IMG/VR virus record: IMGVR_UViG_3300010370_000030 | Span: 1 to 64,000 of that record | DNA length: 64,000 nucleotides | Strand: one strand, 5' to 3' | DNA from: a virus | Part shown: positions 15,662-24,827 of the stretch, in pieces | Position numbering within the stretch: the first letter of the stretch is position 1 | Layout: the number at the start of each line of letters is the position of its first letter | The notes under the pieces: model-generated | What the model was told of the DNA's origin: nothing | Databases searched by the model: none | What the model saw: the letters and a program-made list of their open reading frames with translations, nothing else | Program-made: the position numbers and the translations under genes

Positions 15662-15846
15662 ACAAACGTGAAAAATGTTCTGCGCTAGTGGAGACGCTAT
15701 TTCCTAATCAAGAACATTTGTGGGATAAGTGGTGGAACTCACCTAATCATGCTTTTAATAGCCTGACACCCAACGATATGTTTGAACAAAACCCCGATAT
15801 TGTATTACGGTACCTTCTCTATCAATATAATGGAGATTATTCATGA
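15658..15846 (+). CDS. Xre/MbcA/ParS-like antitoxin C-terminal domain protein
   Basis: WWNSPNHAFNSLTP...VLRYL resembles the W-x-x-x-P-N-x-x-L-x-x-x-x-P signature. Confidence 0.5.
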   Translation: MNKREKCSALVETLFPNQEHLWDKWWNSPNHAFNSLTPNDMFEQNPDIVLRYLLYQYNGDYS

Positions 15847-16073
15847 GTGATCATAGACAACAAGACACAGACTTCTTGCTAACGGTTCCCGATGCAGCCA
15901 TTGAAGCCTGGTTAGAAGTAGCTACTCTTGATGATGTGCTGTATGCTATTGAACTGCTGCAGGATTATTTGGCAGCGTGTGAAGTTGAGGACCTAGAACG
16001 TGTTGACGATATAAAAGATGTTTCGCTTGCATCGTCGTATCTTGCAAAATTTAAAGGAGATTGTAATGCTTGA
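15843..16073 (+). CDS. Acidic hypothetical protein
   Basis: GGAG RBS; coupled. Confidence 0.65.
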   Translation: MSDHRQQDTDFLLTVPDAAIEAWLEVATLDDVLYAIELLQDYLAACEVEDLERVDDIKDVSLASSYLAKFKGDCNA

Positions 16074-16184
16074 ATTTAAATTTTTTTTGGATGCGTGGAA
16101 ATATTGTCGAGATCACAACATCCCTTTGACAAACATTCGTCGTCAAAATTGGGAAACGTGGGTAATTGTTGCTAGCTAACCTGT

Positions 16185-16565
16185 TTAGTTATCCAGCGTG
16201 GCTTCAATCTCGGCCCATCTTTGATCCGTAATATAAACAATATTTGTGGTGTCTATTGTACAATCTGTACCATCAAATATTGTTTGTAAGGTGTTTCGAT
16301 TATTGGTGTACCAATTATCAAACAAGTTGCATGCTTCTTCTGAAGCAAAAACACGTGAGGTCTTGAACCCGGTCTCATCTTGCTCGACGCTATAAGAAAG
16401 GAGGTCATTGGTAATTGTTAGCTCATGCTGTTTATCTTGTATCAAACTAACAGCATTGGCTACGCTAGGCTGCTGTTGTAGTGTGTTTAAAAATGTTTGA
16501 AGATCACCGCTACTGTTAAAAACAGTATTTCCTGTGGTAACTTTTACAACGTGGATATATTTCAT
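16185..16565 (-). CDS. Hypothetical late protein
   Basis: AGGA RBS; upstream TATAAATA. Confidence 0.7.
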   Translation of the reverse strand: MKYIHVVKVTTGNTVFNSSGDLQTFLNTLQQQPSVANAVSLIQDKQHELTITNDLLSYSVEQDETGFKTSRVFASEEACNLFDNWYTNNRNTLQTIFDGTDCTIDTTNIVYITDQRWAEIEATLDN

Positions 16566-16590
16566 AGCACATTCCTATCAATGGTTGTGG

Positions 16591-16598
16591 TATTTATA
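16591..16598 (-). promoter_or_regulatory. T4-type late promoter TATAAATA
   Basis: Exact consensus 26 nt upstream of ORF start 16565. Confidence 0.7.
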
Positions 16599-16813
16599 AA
16601 GGAGAGAAAATGGAAAGCAATTCGTGGAAATATATGTGTGATTATTTAGAAGGTCGTATTGATCAAGCTCTCTTGCGAACCTCGGAGGATAAACAAACAG
16701 ATATTATGTGTGCATATGTTGAGCGTAGTCTTGTCGGTAAGATCGAAGGCACACAATACCACGTGAGCGAGTTCTAATCTTAATGCATATATAGTTTTAT
16801 ATGCAGGTAGATT

Positions 16814-17548
16814 ATGAAAGACAGCCACAAACTTTTTGCCCTCCAACTAATAGCACATTTAGCAATTATCCCAATGATACTGTTTGCTTCATGGTATCAT
16901 TGGGTTATGGCTATACTTGTATATTTTGTTGGTGGGACGTCTATTACTGTCATTTATCATCGCCTGCTTTCTCATAAAGCCTGGATATCACCGAGGTGGT
17001 TTGAAATACTTGGCACATTGACAAGTACTTACATCGCTGCTGGGAGTTCAATAGGGTGGGTTGCGACACATAGACAGCATCACCGTTACACAGATCGTGA
17101 AGGCGACCCACATTCACCTAACACTAAACCGTGGTGGAGAGTCCAATGGTTTAGTATGTTTGAACCCGTCAATGTAAAATATAGCGTCGACCTACTCCGT
17201 GACAAATTTCATCTTAAAATACACCAACACTACTTTAAAATACATGGATTCATCGCTACTGTTCTTTTTCTTATTGATCCTTTTGCTGTTGTATATCTGT
17301 ATCTGGTACCTGCTGCCCTTGTATGGAACGCTGGCAGTTCTATTAATACAGTAAACCATATGCTTGGTTATCGTAACTACGATACAAAAGACAACAGCAC
17401 GTGTAATTTTGTTACCGGCTACCTCGTTTTTGGTGAAGGCTGGCACAATAATCATCATGCTGAACCGGCATCAGAAAAATTTCAGCGTAAGTGGTGGGAG
17501 TTTGATCTCGGGTATCAAGTTATAAAATTGGTACGTAAAGATGCTTAA
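16814..17548 (+). CDS. Fatty acid desaturase (delta-9 / DesC-like)
   Basis: His boxes HRLLSH, HRQHH, GEGWHNNHH; TM segments. Confidence 0.9.
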   Translation: MKDSHKLFALQLIAHLAIIPMILFASWYHWVMAILVYFVGGTSITVIYHRLLSHKAWISPRWFEILGTLTSTYIAAGSSIGWVATHRQHHRYTDREGDPHSPNTKPWWRVQWFSMFEPVNVKYSVDLLRDKFHLKIHQHYFKIHGFIATVLFLIDPFAVVYLYLVPAALVWNAGSSINTVNHMLGYRNYDTKDNSTCNFVTGYLVFGEGWHNNHHAEPASEKFQRKWWEFDLGYQVIKLVRKDA

Positions 17549-18272
17549 CAGAAAACAGCTCCCATCATTTGGTATATTAGACATACCTCGGTTTGACATT
17601 GATGAAATACGCGAATATTGTATAGAACAAGGATTTTTGAATACATCTCAATACAATGATGTTAAGGCAAGTGCGAATAGTGACATTAAACAAATTCTTG
17701 AAGCCAATCACTATGCAAAAAACAACTTTTTCAAGGAAGACGAAGCTCCTCCTCTTGAAGGTGAAAAATATGTCCAGCTGTATTTAACGGGAATGGACCC
17801 TGCAAAACGCTCAAAAGAGTTCAAACTCGAAGAAGATAACGTAAAAATCCGTTTTCAACGGCTAAAAAAGGACAGTCCACACTATTTGCCCGAGGCAGAC
17901 GAGCATAATTATGGTGTTCGCAACGAACGAGTAGCTGGTCCATTGGAAAAAATCCTCGATTCTTTCAAAGCTCCACTGGCAAGAGTCCGTTTTGCAGCAA
18001 TGGCACCCGGTTTCGAGATCAAACCGCATACAGATTACGACCCAACATACATTACTCGTTTCCATTTACCCATCGTTACTAACGAAAAATGCATGCTCTA
18101 CGCCGAATATAAGGGCGTTTTAACAGAAAAACACATGCCAGCCGATGGAAACGTGTATTTTCTCAACACTGGAATCAAGCATTGGGCTGTCAATCATGGC
18201 GATACATGGCGAATTCACCTCCTTATCGACGTGAAAAATCAGGATGACCTTGTAAATCTGAGACCACTTTAA
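17541..18272 (+). CDS. AspH-like 2OG-Fe(II) oxygenase
   Basis: PHTD...RFHLP...HWAVN...RIHL. Confidence 0.8.
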   Translation: MLNRKQLPSFGILDIPRFDIDEIREYCIEQGFLNTSQYNDVKASANSDIKQILEANHYAKNNFFKEDEAPPLEGEKYVQLYLTGMDPAKRSKEFKLEEDNVKIRFQRLKKDSPHYLPEADEHNYGVRNERVAGPLEKILDSFKAPLARVRFAAMAPGFEIKPHTDYDPTYITRFHLPIVTNEKCMLYAEYKGVLTEKHMPADGNVYFLNTGIKHWAVNHGDTWRIHLLIDVKNQDDLVNLRPL

Positions 18273-18279
18273 AAACCTT

Positions 18280-18309
18280 GTTGACGTTTTTGTAAAAAAC
18301 ACATAAGAT
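18280..18309 (+). promoter_or_regulatory. Sigma70-type promoter
   Basis: GTTGACG-N17-TAAGAT. Confidence 0.7.
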
Positions 18310-18342
18310 GAGGCTTCCTTAACTGATCTAATGGAGTTAATT

Positions 18343-19293
18343 ATGGCACACATGGTTGAAACAATGGCTTATGCGGGTGAAGTTCCTTGGCACGGTCTTG
18401 GTGTTCAGGTTCCAAATGACCTTTCCCCTGCTCAAATGCTGCAAAAAGCTGGTCTTGACTGGCAAGTTCAAAAAGTTCCGGCGTTTTCCAACATTAATGG
18501 AACGCCTGTTAATGTTGGTTGGTCGGCTCTTGTTCGTAGCACTGACGATAAAGTCCTGTCTGTCGTATCCACCGACTGGAATCCTGTGCAAAACACAGAG
18601 GCTTTTGAGTTTTTTCACGAGTATTGTGCGGCTGGTGACATGGAAATGCACACGGCTGGCTCACTTCGCGGTGGTCAGATCGTATGGGTTCTTGCAAAAA
18701 TTAAGGAGTCATTTGACCTTTTCAACGGCGATACGGTCGAATCCTTCTTGTTGTTCACAAATCCTCACAAGTTCGGTCAATCCATCGATATTCGCTTCAC
18801 TCCAATCCGTGCTGTTTGCAATAACACGCTAACACTTGCACTCAGTCAACAAACGGACCGTATGGTCAAGAAGAGTCACCGTCGTGAATTCAACGCTGCA
18901 GAAGTAAAAGAGCAGCTTGGAATCGCAACTGACAAGCTCGCTAAGTATAAAGAGATGGCCGAGTTCCTTGGTTCGAAGCGTTACACGGGTGAATCTTTGA
19001 AAGAGTACTTCAACAAGGTTTTCCCCGTCCTTGCATACGACAAGGAAAAAGGTCCTCAGCGTAAAGAGGTTTCAAAATCAGCAGCTCTTGCGCTTGAAGT
19101 TGTCGAGACACAACCGGGTGCTCGTTTTGCTGAAGGTAGCTGGTGGCAAGCGTTTAACGCTGTCACGTACTTGACCGATCATAAGATTGGTAAGTCGGCT
19201 GATAATCGTTTGACTTCGGCTTGGTTCGGTCCTAACAAAAACCTCAAGGTGAAAGCTCTTGAGACTGCGGTCGAGTTTGCTGAAGCTGCTTGA
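18343..19293 (+). CDS. DUF932 family (phage/plasmid-like protein)
   Basis: MAHMVETMAY...PWHGLG...TPIRAVCNNT...WQAFNAVT. Confidence 0.9.
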   Translation: MAHMVETMAYAGEVPWHGLGVQVPNDLSPAQMLQKAGLDWQVQKVPAFSNINGTPVNVGWSALVRSTDDKVLSVVSTDWNPVQNTEAFEFFHEYCAAGDMEMHTAGSLRGGQIVWVLAKIKESFDLFNGDTVESFLLFTNPHKFGQSIDIRFTPIRAVCNNTLTLALSQQTDRMVKKSHRREFNAAEVKEQLGIATDKLAKYKEMAEFLGSKRYTGESLKEYFNKVFPVLAYDKEKGPQRKEVSKSAALALEVVETQPGARFAEGSWWQAFNAVTYLTDHKIGKSADNRLTSAWFGPNKNLKVKALETAVEFAEAA

Positions 19294-19300
19294 TGGAGGT

Positions 19301-19320
19301 GGGCCCTTCGGGGCCCTTTT
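19301..19320 (+). terminator. Rho-independent terminator
   Basis: GGGCCC-TTCG-GGGCCC-TTTT. Confidence 0.85.
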
Positions 19321-19321
19321 C

Positions 19322-20278
19322 ATGATATACATTGAAAAATTTTGGTACGAGAATAATTTTAACATAACAGAATTTTTTTCTAAGTTCGAATCTGGTCATG
19401 ACTATGAACCGTCTTGGCCAGCTGTCCTTGTTTCATCGTCGCGAGCCAATTTTGATGCTCACGAAGCAATGATGAACAACTATCGTTCAGGAAAAACAAG
19501 GACCAAACCATCATTGTGCCTTGCTGGAGGCCTTGAATCTGTTCATGCCGATATTTCTCGGATACTTGGTCTCTCGAACATGACATTCTCTGTCCTGTCA
19601 GCATGTACTTCTTCAGCATATGCAATATATCAAGCAGGGCTTATCAGTACGCACCAGGGTACTCCTGTTATTGTTGCGTGTGCTGATATGTTCTCTCCTA
19701 TCGATATGCATTGGTTCAATTCACTTGGCGCTGTTTCGCCAGATACAGGTATACCTTTTGATAAAAAAAGTAAGGGTTTCAGACCTAGCAAAGCCCAAGC
19801 GATGTTTGTTGTGTCTGCAAAACCAATCAATCCTGTAGCGCAGATTGAGCAAATGATGTTCATGACTCAACCACAAGAAAAAACAGCCATTGGGGCGCTT
19901 GATGAAATTGAGAAGATGTTTGATCTTGTTGCAATGAACAACGTTGAATGGTGGAATGCTCATTCACCGGGTACTCCTTTAGGTGACGCAACAGAGTTTG
20001 AACTATTCTCACGCTTCAAACGGGATATACCTATTTCTTCCTTGAAGGGTAGGTTTGGTCACGCCTTAGCAAGCTCTTACCTTCTCGAACTTGGCGGGGC
20101 TCTGGAGGCTGTAATGGCGGGAAAGGTCCCTCAGAACGAAGGAATAACGGAGAAGATTGTTGAGGATGATAGGATCATCACGGAACCGATAAGTATTGGA
20201 TGGCGGAAGAGGTTTGTTAAAATGAATATGGGGTTTGGAGGCAAAAACGTCCTGTCTGTTATAAAGGTACTAGTTTAA
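19322..20278 (+). CDS. Beta-ketoacyl synthase (FabB/FabF-like)
   Basis: Catalytic SACTSS, NAHSPGT, SLKGRFGH and C-terminal GFGGKN. Confidence 0.85.
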   Translation: MIYIEKFWYENNFNITEFFSKFESGHDYEPSWPAVLVSSSRANFDAHEAMMNNYRSGKTRTKPSLCLAGGLESVHADISRILGLSNMTFSVLSACTSSAYAIYQAGLISTHQGTPVIVACADMFSPIDMHWFNSLGAVSPDTGIPFDKKSKGFRPSKAQAMFVVSAKPINPVAQIEQMMFMTQPQEKTAIGALDEIEKMFDLVAMNNVEWWNAHSPGTPLGDATEFELFSRFKRDIPISSLKGRFGHALASSYLLELGGALEAVMAGKVPQNEGITEKIVEDDRIITEPISIGWRKRFVKMNMGFGGKNVLSVIKVLV

Positions 20279-21063
20279 TGTTAGAGAAAATTAAAGGTTG
20301 GAATAATTACTATGCTATCAAAGCAGCACAAGTGTCATGTCTCGTGCTGTTACCAGTTGCAATCACCCTCCTTGTCATCAACTTATCGTGGTTGTATTTG
20401 TTTGCAACGCTGCTGACTGTTCTGTTGATTTCAAAGGTAGGACATTCAATAGGGCAACATAGGTATTTTAGCCACCGAAGTTTTAAGACGGACACAAAGC
20501 GTGAATGGTTAATGGCTTTTCTTGGTACACTTGGAACAACACATACAGCTGTTCACTATGCAGCACTACATCGGTACCATCATGCCAATAGTGATACCGA
20601 TTTAGATCCACATTGTCCGGAAAAGTTGGGTGTCGTAAAATCTTTCTTTGGATTTATTGATCGTGAAAAAGCAGATAAGATACCATTCCGCATTGTGAAG
20701 GATCTTCTCGCTAATAAGCCCGTGATGTTTTTTTATAATTGGTACTGGCCCACGCTCGTGTTTTACTGGATCGTGCTGATCGCCATCGATCCTTTGTTGT
20801 TTGTGTTCTGTTATGTTATTCCTTGCGGGTTTGTACAGTTCGTTGCAGGCGTACAGTTGAGCCTTGGACATCACAAAGGGTACGTAAACTTCAATACAAA
20901 GGACAAAAGCATAAATAGTAAGATATGGAACGTGTTGACATTAGGCGAAGGTCTGCATAATAATCATCACAACAAGCCTTACGAGTACAATTTTGCATAC
21001 ACACAAAAACCTGGTGAGTGGGATTTCTGTGGATGGCTTGTTACAAAGTTCCTGAAAGTATAA
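20278..21063 (+). CDS. Fatty acid desaturase 2
   Basis: HRYFSH, HRYHH, GEGLHNNHH; TAATG-coupled to the ketoacyl synthase. Confidence 0.9.
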   Translation: MLEKIKGWNNYYAIKAAQVSCLVLLPVAITLLVINLSWLYLFATLLTVLLISKVGHSIGQHRYFSHRSFKTDTKREWLMAFLGTLGTTHTAVHYAALHRYHHANSDTDLDPHCPEKLGVVKSFFGFIDREKADKIPFRIVKDLLANKPVMFFYNWYWPTLVFYWIVLIAIDPLLFVFCYVIPCGFVQFVAGVQLSLGHHKGYVNFNTKDKSINSKIWNVLTLGEGLHNNHHNKPYEYNFAYTQKPGEWDFCGWLVTKFLKV

Positions 21064-21435
21064 TCGTATGAAGTTGACTGAAAGATGTCTCGGACGGCGG
21101 TTCGATTCCGCCCAGGTCCACCAGAAAACTCTTTGAGTAGCTACACTAGATAAACAGAAAAACTTGCTAAAGTCGACCAAAGCAAGGACCTGCTAGGAAG
21201 AAGGGCTACCAAGATTTCAAGTATCGCAGAGAGTTTTCTAATGGGCCTGACCTGGTTTCGACGGGGCAATAAGTAGGAAGATGGACGATTCGGCAATGTG
21301 AAAGCCGTAGGGTTGGGACTTCCCGGCCGAAGAAGCAAACGAAGTAAACGCAAACGAAGAACGTTTCGCATTGGCTGCCTAAACACAGCCTAGGGTTTCG
21401 GTGGGTTTCCTCGTAACAGAATAACCCACCATTTT
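21062..21435 (+). ncRNA. ssrA: Circularly permuted (two-piece) tmRNA
   Basis: T-arm and CAGGTCCACCA end at 21123; 5' piece GGGCCTG starts at 21243 (G3.U70 pair); tag ANEERFALAA* at 21350-21382. Confidence 0.9.
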
Positions 21436-21464
21436 AAACACACTCACACACAAAGGAGATAAAC

Positions 21465-21701
21465 ATGAGTGAATCAGCGTTTGGTATTAGACTTGAACTT
21501 CTTAAAATGGCAAAAGAAATGCTTGAGCATGATTACTTTACCAGGAAAGAAGCGGAGAATCAATTGTGGCATTTCAAATGTGAAATGGCAAAGACAAAAG
21601 GTGAAGAGTTGCCTGAGTTAATGCATATTCCATACCCATCTACAGTAGACATTCTTGCGAAAGCAAAAGAACTTAATCGCTTTATTAGCGACAGGCAGTA
21701 A
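21465..21701 (+). CDS. Conserved phage hypothetical protein
   Basis: IRLELLKMAKEML...YPS..DI..KA..LN.F; AAGGAG RBS. Confidence 0.8.
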   Translation: MSESAFGIRLELLKMAKEMLEHDYFTRKEAENQLWHFKCEMAKTKGEELPELMHIPYPSTVDILAKAKELNRFISDRQ

Positions 21702-21757
21702 GATATAAAGGTTTTGATGGGTTTCCTTAATAACCCATCTTTAACAAAGGAGGAATC

Positions 21758-22309
21758 ATGAAAGCAATCCTTGCAGGATTTTTGCTTATCGCCTTTGTTC
21801 TACCGCTACAAGCGACCATTCATGAATTACCCCTCTTAGTAAATTTTCATGACCTGAGTAAAGAGTCGCAAAAACAAGTTTCTTGTTTAGCAGAGAACAT
21901 ATTTTTTGAAGCTGCATCAGAATCGACAGCAGGTAAAGTAGCTGTTGCGTTCGTAACAATAAACAGAGTGTTGTCGGGTAGGTTTCCGAACACTCTTTGC
22001 GGTGTTGTCCAACAAAAAATACAAGGTGTGTGTCAGTTTAGTTGGTATTGTGATCCTACTAAGCTACATCGTAGACAAGCAATTAAACATACACCGCTCT
22101 ACAATGATATTCTTCGACTCTCAATCGAAGTGTTGATATATCATAAAGTATTTGAGGACATGACAAAAGGAGCTACATACTTCCATAACACCTCTACTAA
22201 TCCGAGGTGGAGATTGCAAAGAACAGCTCAGATAGGGAATCACGTTTTTTATCGTCATGGAAAGGACCGACATGAAATATCAACTAGCAGACAACTTTTT
22301 ATTCACTGA
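21758..22309 (+). CDS. Cell wall hydrolase, SleB/Hydrolase_2 family (second copy)
   Basis: CLAENIFFEA...VTINRV...CQFSW...GATYFH...IGNHVFY. Confidence 0.9.
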   Translation: MKAILAGFLLIAFVLPLQATIHELPLLVNFHDLSKESQKQVSCLAENIFFEAASESTAGKVAVAFVTINRVLSGRFPNTLCGVVQQKIQGVCQFSWYCDPTKLHRRQAIKHTPLYNDILRLSIEVLIYHKVFEDMTKGATYFHNTSTNPRWRLQRTAQIGNHVFYRHGKDRHEISTSRQLFIH

Positions 22310-22901
22310 TTTTTTCAACACTTTCCGTGAGGGAATGGTTAAAGATTTTTTGGCGGTCTTTCCTAACTTTAGCGATAAGCAGCCGACACCAGAAGAACGG
22401 GAGTTGGATCCAAAATACAACATGAAGACCGTTGGGCAGTGGAAGACGGCTGGTAATGCTGCAGCAGGTGATGCGTGGAAGGTAGAGGGATTGCGATACA
22501 CAGATCCTGGTGTGAACACTCGATCTGCAACCAATCGCGACAAATACCCAACGGCGTGGCAACTAGTTGATCATTTCGATAATCTATATCCAGATGGTGT
22601 CGAAGGTGGTCAAATAGCATGTCCTATTGCTACGTATAGTATAATGGAAGCACATAGTCGTATTGGTAGACACACAGGAATTGAAAATAGGCGCAAGCAA
22701 TATGTGAGATGTCATATTCCTTTAATTGTTCCGGAAGGTGATATCGTATTTGAGATCGAGCGCAAAGTGTTTATTACGTGGGACAACGTGTTTGCTTTCG
22801 ACAATCAATGCGAACACAGTGCTTGGAATAATTCCTCGTATAGACGGCTTGTTTTTCTAATCGACCTACATCGCTCAATTGTTAAGTGGCCACCAGCGTG
22901 A
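22272..22901 (+). CDS. AspH-like 2OG-Fe(II) oxygenase
   Basis: RHTG...RCHIPL...FDN..EHSAWN...RLV. Confidence 0.8.
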   Translation: MKYQLADNFLFTDFFNTFREGMVKDFLAVFPNFSDKQPTPEERELDPKYNMKTVGQWKTAGNAAAGDAWKVEGLRYTDPGVNTRSATNRDKYPTAWQLVDHFDNLYPDGVEGGQIACPIATYSIMEAHSRIGRHTGIENRRKQYVRCHIPLIVPEGDIVFEIERKVFITWDNVFAFDNQCEHSAWNNSSYRRLVFLIDLHRSIVKWPPA

Positions 22902-23455
22902 ACAGGTATCACCACAGGATAAACGTTCCAGTACCATTTGTTTTTCCGAAGTATGAAGTGCCTGATCTTAGATTCCATCTTCATCGTCGGTTTGATAAAA
23001 AGGACATGAATGTTGAGATCGTAACGTGGATACATTCGCTTGGTTTGTATATCGTTGCTGGTGAATATTTTTACACGCCACCCGGTAGAACGTTGGAACC
23101 ACATTCGGATAGTCCGTCAATCAATGACGTCGTTAAACTTAACTGGATGAAGGGTGGCGAAGGGAGTGTAATGGAGTGGTTCAAGCTCAAGGATGGTGCT
23201 ACACTCAAGACAAATACAACGGTGATTGGAACCCAATACTCGTTTGCACCTCGTGAGGACTTAATTAAAGTACACGCTGCTACGATAGGTACTCCAAGTC
23301 TCGTTAATGTCGGTCAAATACACGCTATACAAAACAAAGACCGACCACGTTTCGTTGCATGTTTAGTAATAGCCAAGAATGCGACAAGGAGTAGGGTGAC
23401 ATGGGACGAGGCGTTGGACATTTTTGGTCCCTATGTTGACTTTGATAGAAGTTAG
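22898..23455 (+). CDS. Cupin/2OG-Fe(II) oxygenase-like protein
   Basis: PHSD...KLNW...PSLVNVGQIHAIQN...R. Confidence 0.6.
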   Translation: MNRYHHRINVPVPFVFPKYEVPDLRFHLHRRFDKKDMNVEIVTWIHSLGLYIVAGEYFYTPPGRTLEPHSDSPSINDVVKLNWMKGGEGSVMEWFKLKDGATLKTNTTVIGTQYSFAPREDLIKVHAATIGTPSLVNVGQIHAIQNKDRPRFVACLVIAKNATRSRVTWDEALDIFGPYVDFDRS

Positions 23456-23464
23456 ATAGATAGT
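23435..23464 (+). promoter_or_regulatory. Promoter of the tRNA cluster
   Basis: GTTGACT-N17-GATAGT. Confidence 0.6.
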
Positions 23465-23490
23465 TCCTTTGTTGTTGAAATGATTTATGT

Positions 23491-23567
23491 GCACGTGTGT
23501 CGCCGAATGGTTAGGCTACGGATTGCAAATCCGTTTTATGCAGGTTCGATCCCTGTCACGTGCTCCA
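23491..23567 (+). tRNA. tRNA-Cys(GCA)
   Basis: Cloverleaf with CCA; 2 extra nt before the D stem. Confidence 0.85.
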
Positions 23568-23569
23568 GC

Positions 23570-23662
23570 GGAGGTCTTGATGCTATGGCGTGTGCATCCC
23601 CGGACTGTAAATCCGGTCCCTCGTGGTAAACATTCGCGGTTCGAATCCGTGGACCTCCACCA
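23570..23662 (+). tRNA. tRNA-Tyr(GTA)
   Basis: CCGGA-CTGTAAA-TCCGG; long variable arm; CCA. Confidence 0.9.
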
Positions 23663-23680
23663 CTAATTTTGGAATTAAAT

Positions 23681-24430
23681 GTGAAGATTGAGCAGATCGT
23701 TAGAGTACCTTATACAACACGGCCTACGATGATCAGGAACAACGAAAGTGTCTATAACATAAGTCCTGATCCTGAGTATATCAGGCAGAAAAAACATCAG
23801 TTGCTAATGTTTGATAATGCGTTGTATGGTGAAACGGAAGATGCAGTAAAGAACGATCTGGTTAGAAGGGCGGCGACATATCTTAGTGTACCAATTACAA
23901 CAGACATTGTTGAATTCTCTTTTAACTTTGAAGAAGATGTAGCGATTCTACATCAAGGTGTGTTGTCAGCAATTTGTTTTTGTTTTCCAAGCTCATGGAC
24001 ACCAGGTGCAGGGTTAGGTAAATCGCTTAGGGAGTTGCATGCGCCTGTTGCAGATGGTGAGCTGCTTGTAAAGGCTAGTGATAAGATTGCTTCAACAATC
24101 TCAGATTTTAGTCAAGGCAGTTTTAGACGATATGTTTGGACAATAACAAAAGTGCCTTCTGTAAGTAATTATGAGAAGATTACCGAACAGTACAAAGATG
24201 AAGATTTAGATATAAATACACTTTTCATGCGTATTGAAACACAAACAACATTGCCGTTGCCAAATGGTGCGATAGCGTTGTTCTTTGTAAAGGTTGATGT
24301 CTTACCGCTAAAAGACGTATGGTACAGATACAAAAATTTGTTGTTGCAAAGTTTAAGTAGTATGTCTGATAATATCATTCGATATAAAAATTTGGGAGAA
24401 ATTAGATCGTATTTACTCTCTGTGGCGTAA
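23681..24430 (+). CDS. DUF3445 (heme-dependent oxidative N-demethylase alpha-like)
   Basis: EEDVAIL...CFPSSW...LHAPV...RYVWTI...RIETQT..LP. Confidence 0.75.
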   Translation: MKIEQIVRVPYTTRPTMIRNNESVYNISPDPEYIRQKKHQLLMFDNALYGETEDAVKNDLVRRAATYLSVPITTDIVEFSFNFEEDVAILHQGVLSAICFCFPSSWTPGAGLGKSLRELHAPVADGELLVKASDKIASTISDFSQGSFRRYVWTITKVPSVSNYEKITEQYKDEDLDINTLFMRIETQTTLPLPNGAIALFFVKVDVLPLKDVWYRYKNLLLQSLSSMSDNIIRYKNLGEIRSYLLSVA

Positions 24431-24491
24431 CCTGGCAGCGTTCTACGTTTGGGGCGTAGAGGTCCTGGTTCAAATCCAGGCAGAGAGACCA
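24416..24491 (+). tRNA. tRNA-Pro(TGG)
   Basis: Cloverleaf with CCA; overlaps the DUF3445 stop codon. Confidence 0.9.
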
Positions 24492-24497
24492 AAAAAA

Positions 24498-24572
24498 GGG
24501 CTGATAGTGATAAGGATAGCACACTGCGTTTGCACCGCAGAAGTCGGGGTTTGAATCCCCGTCGGTCCACCA
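24498..24572 (+). tRNA. tRNA-Ala(TGC)
   Basis: G3.U70 pair; CCA; T-loop TTTGAAT. Confidence 0.85.
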
Positions 24573-24578
24573 AGTTTT

Positions 24579-24652
24579 GCCCCTATAGTTAAATGGTATA
24601 ACAGTTGATTTGTAATCATCAATTCCTAGTTCGATTCCAGGTGGGGGCACCA
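24579..24652 (+). tRNA. tRNA-Thr(TGT)
   Basis: Cloverleaf with CCA. Confidence 0.9.
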
Positions 24653-24746
24653 TATTGAAACACATTAGAATCTGTAAAAAGATTAGGGATGGTACACCGC
24701 ATGCCTCTCATTGAAAGCATGTATAGACCTTAGTGTGTTTCAATAT
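24652..24746 (+). ncRNA. Structured spacer RNA between tRNA-Thr and tRNA-Asn
   Basis: 16-bp closing stem ATATTGAAACACATTA/TAGTGTGTTTCAATAT with internal hairpins. Confidence 0.5.
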
Positions 24747-24750
24747 AAAT

Positions 24751-24825
24751 TCCAGTGTAGCTCAGCGGTAGAGCAGTTGACTGTTAATCAATTGGTCGTT
24801 GGTTCGATCCCAGCCACTGGAGCCA
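24751..24825 (+). tRNA. tRNA-Asn(GTT)
   Basis: Cloverleaf, G73, CCA. Confidence 0.95.
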
Positions 24826-24827
24826 AA

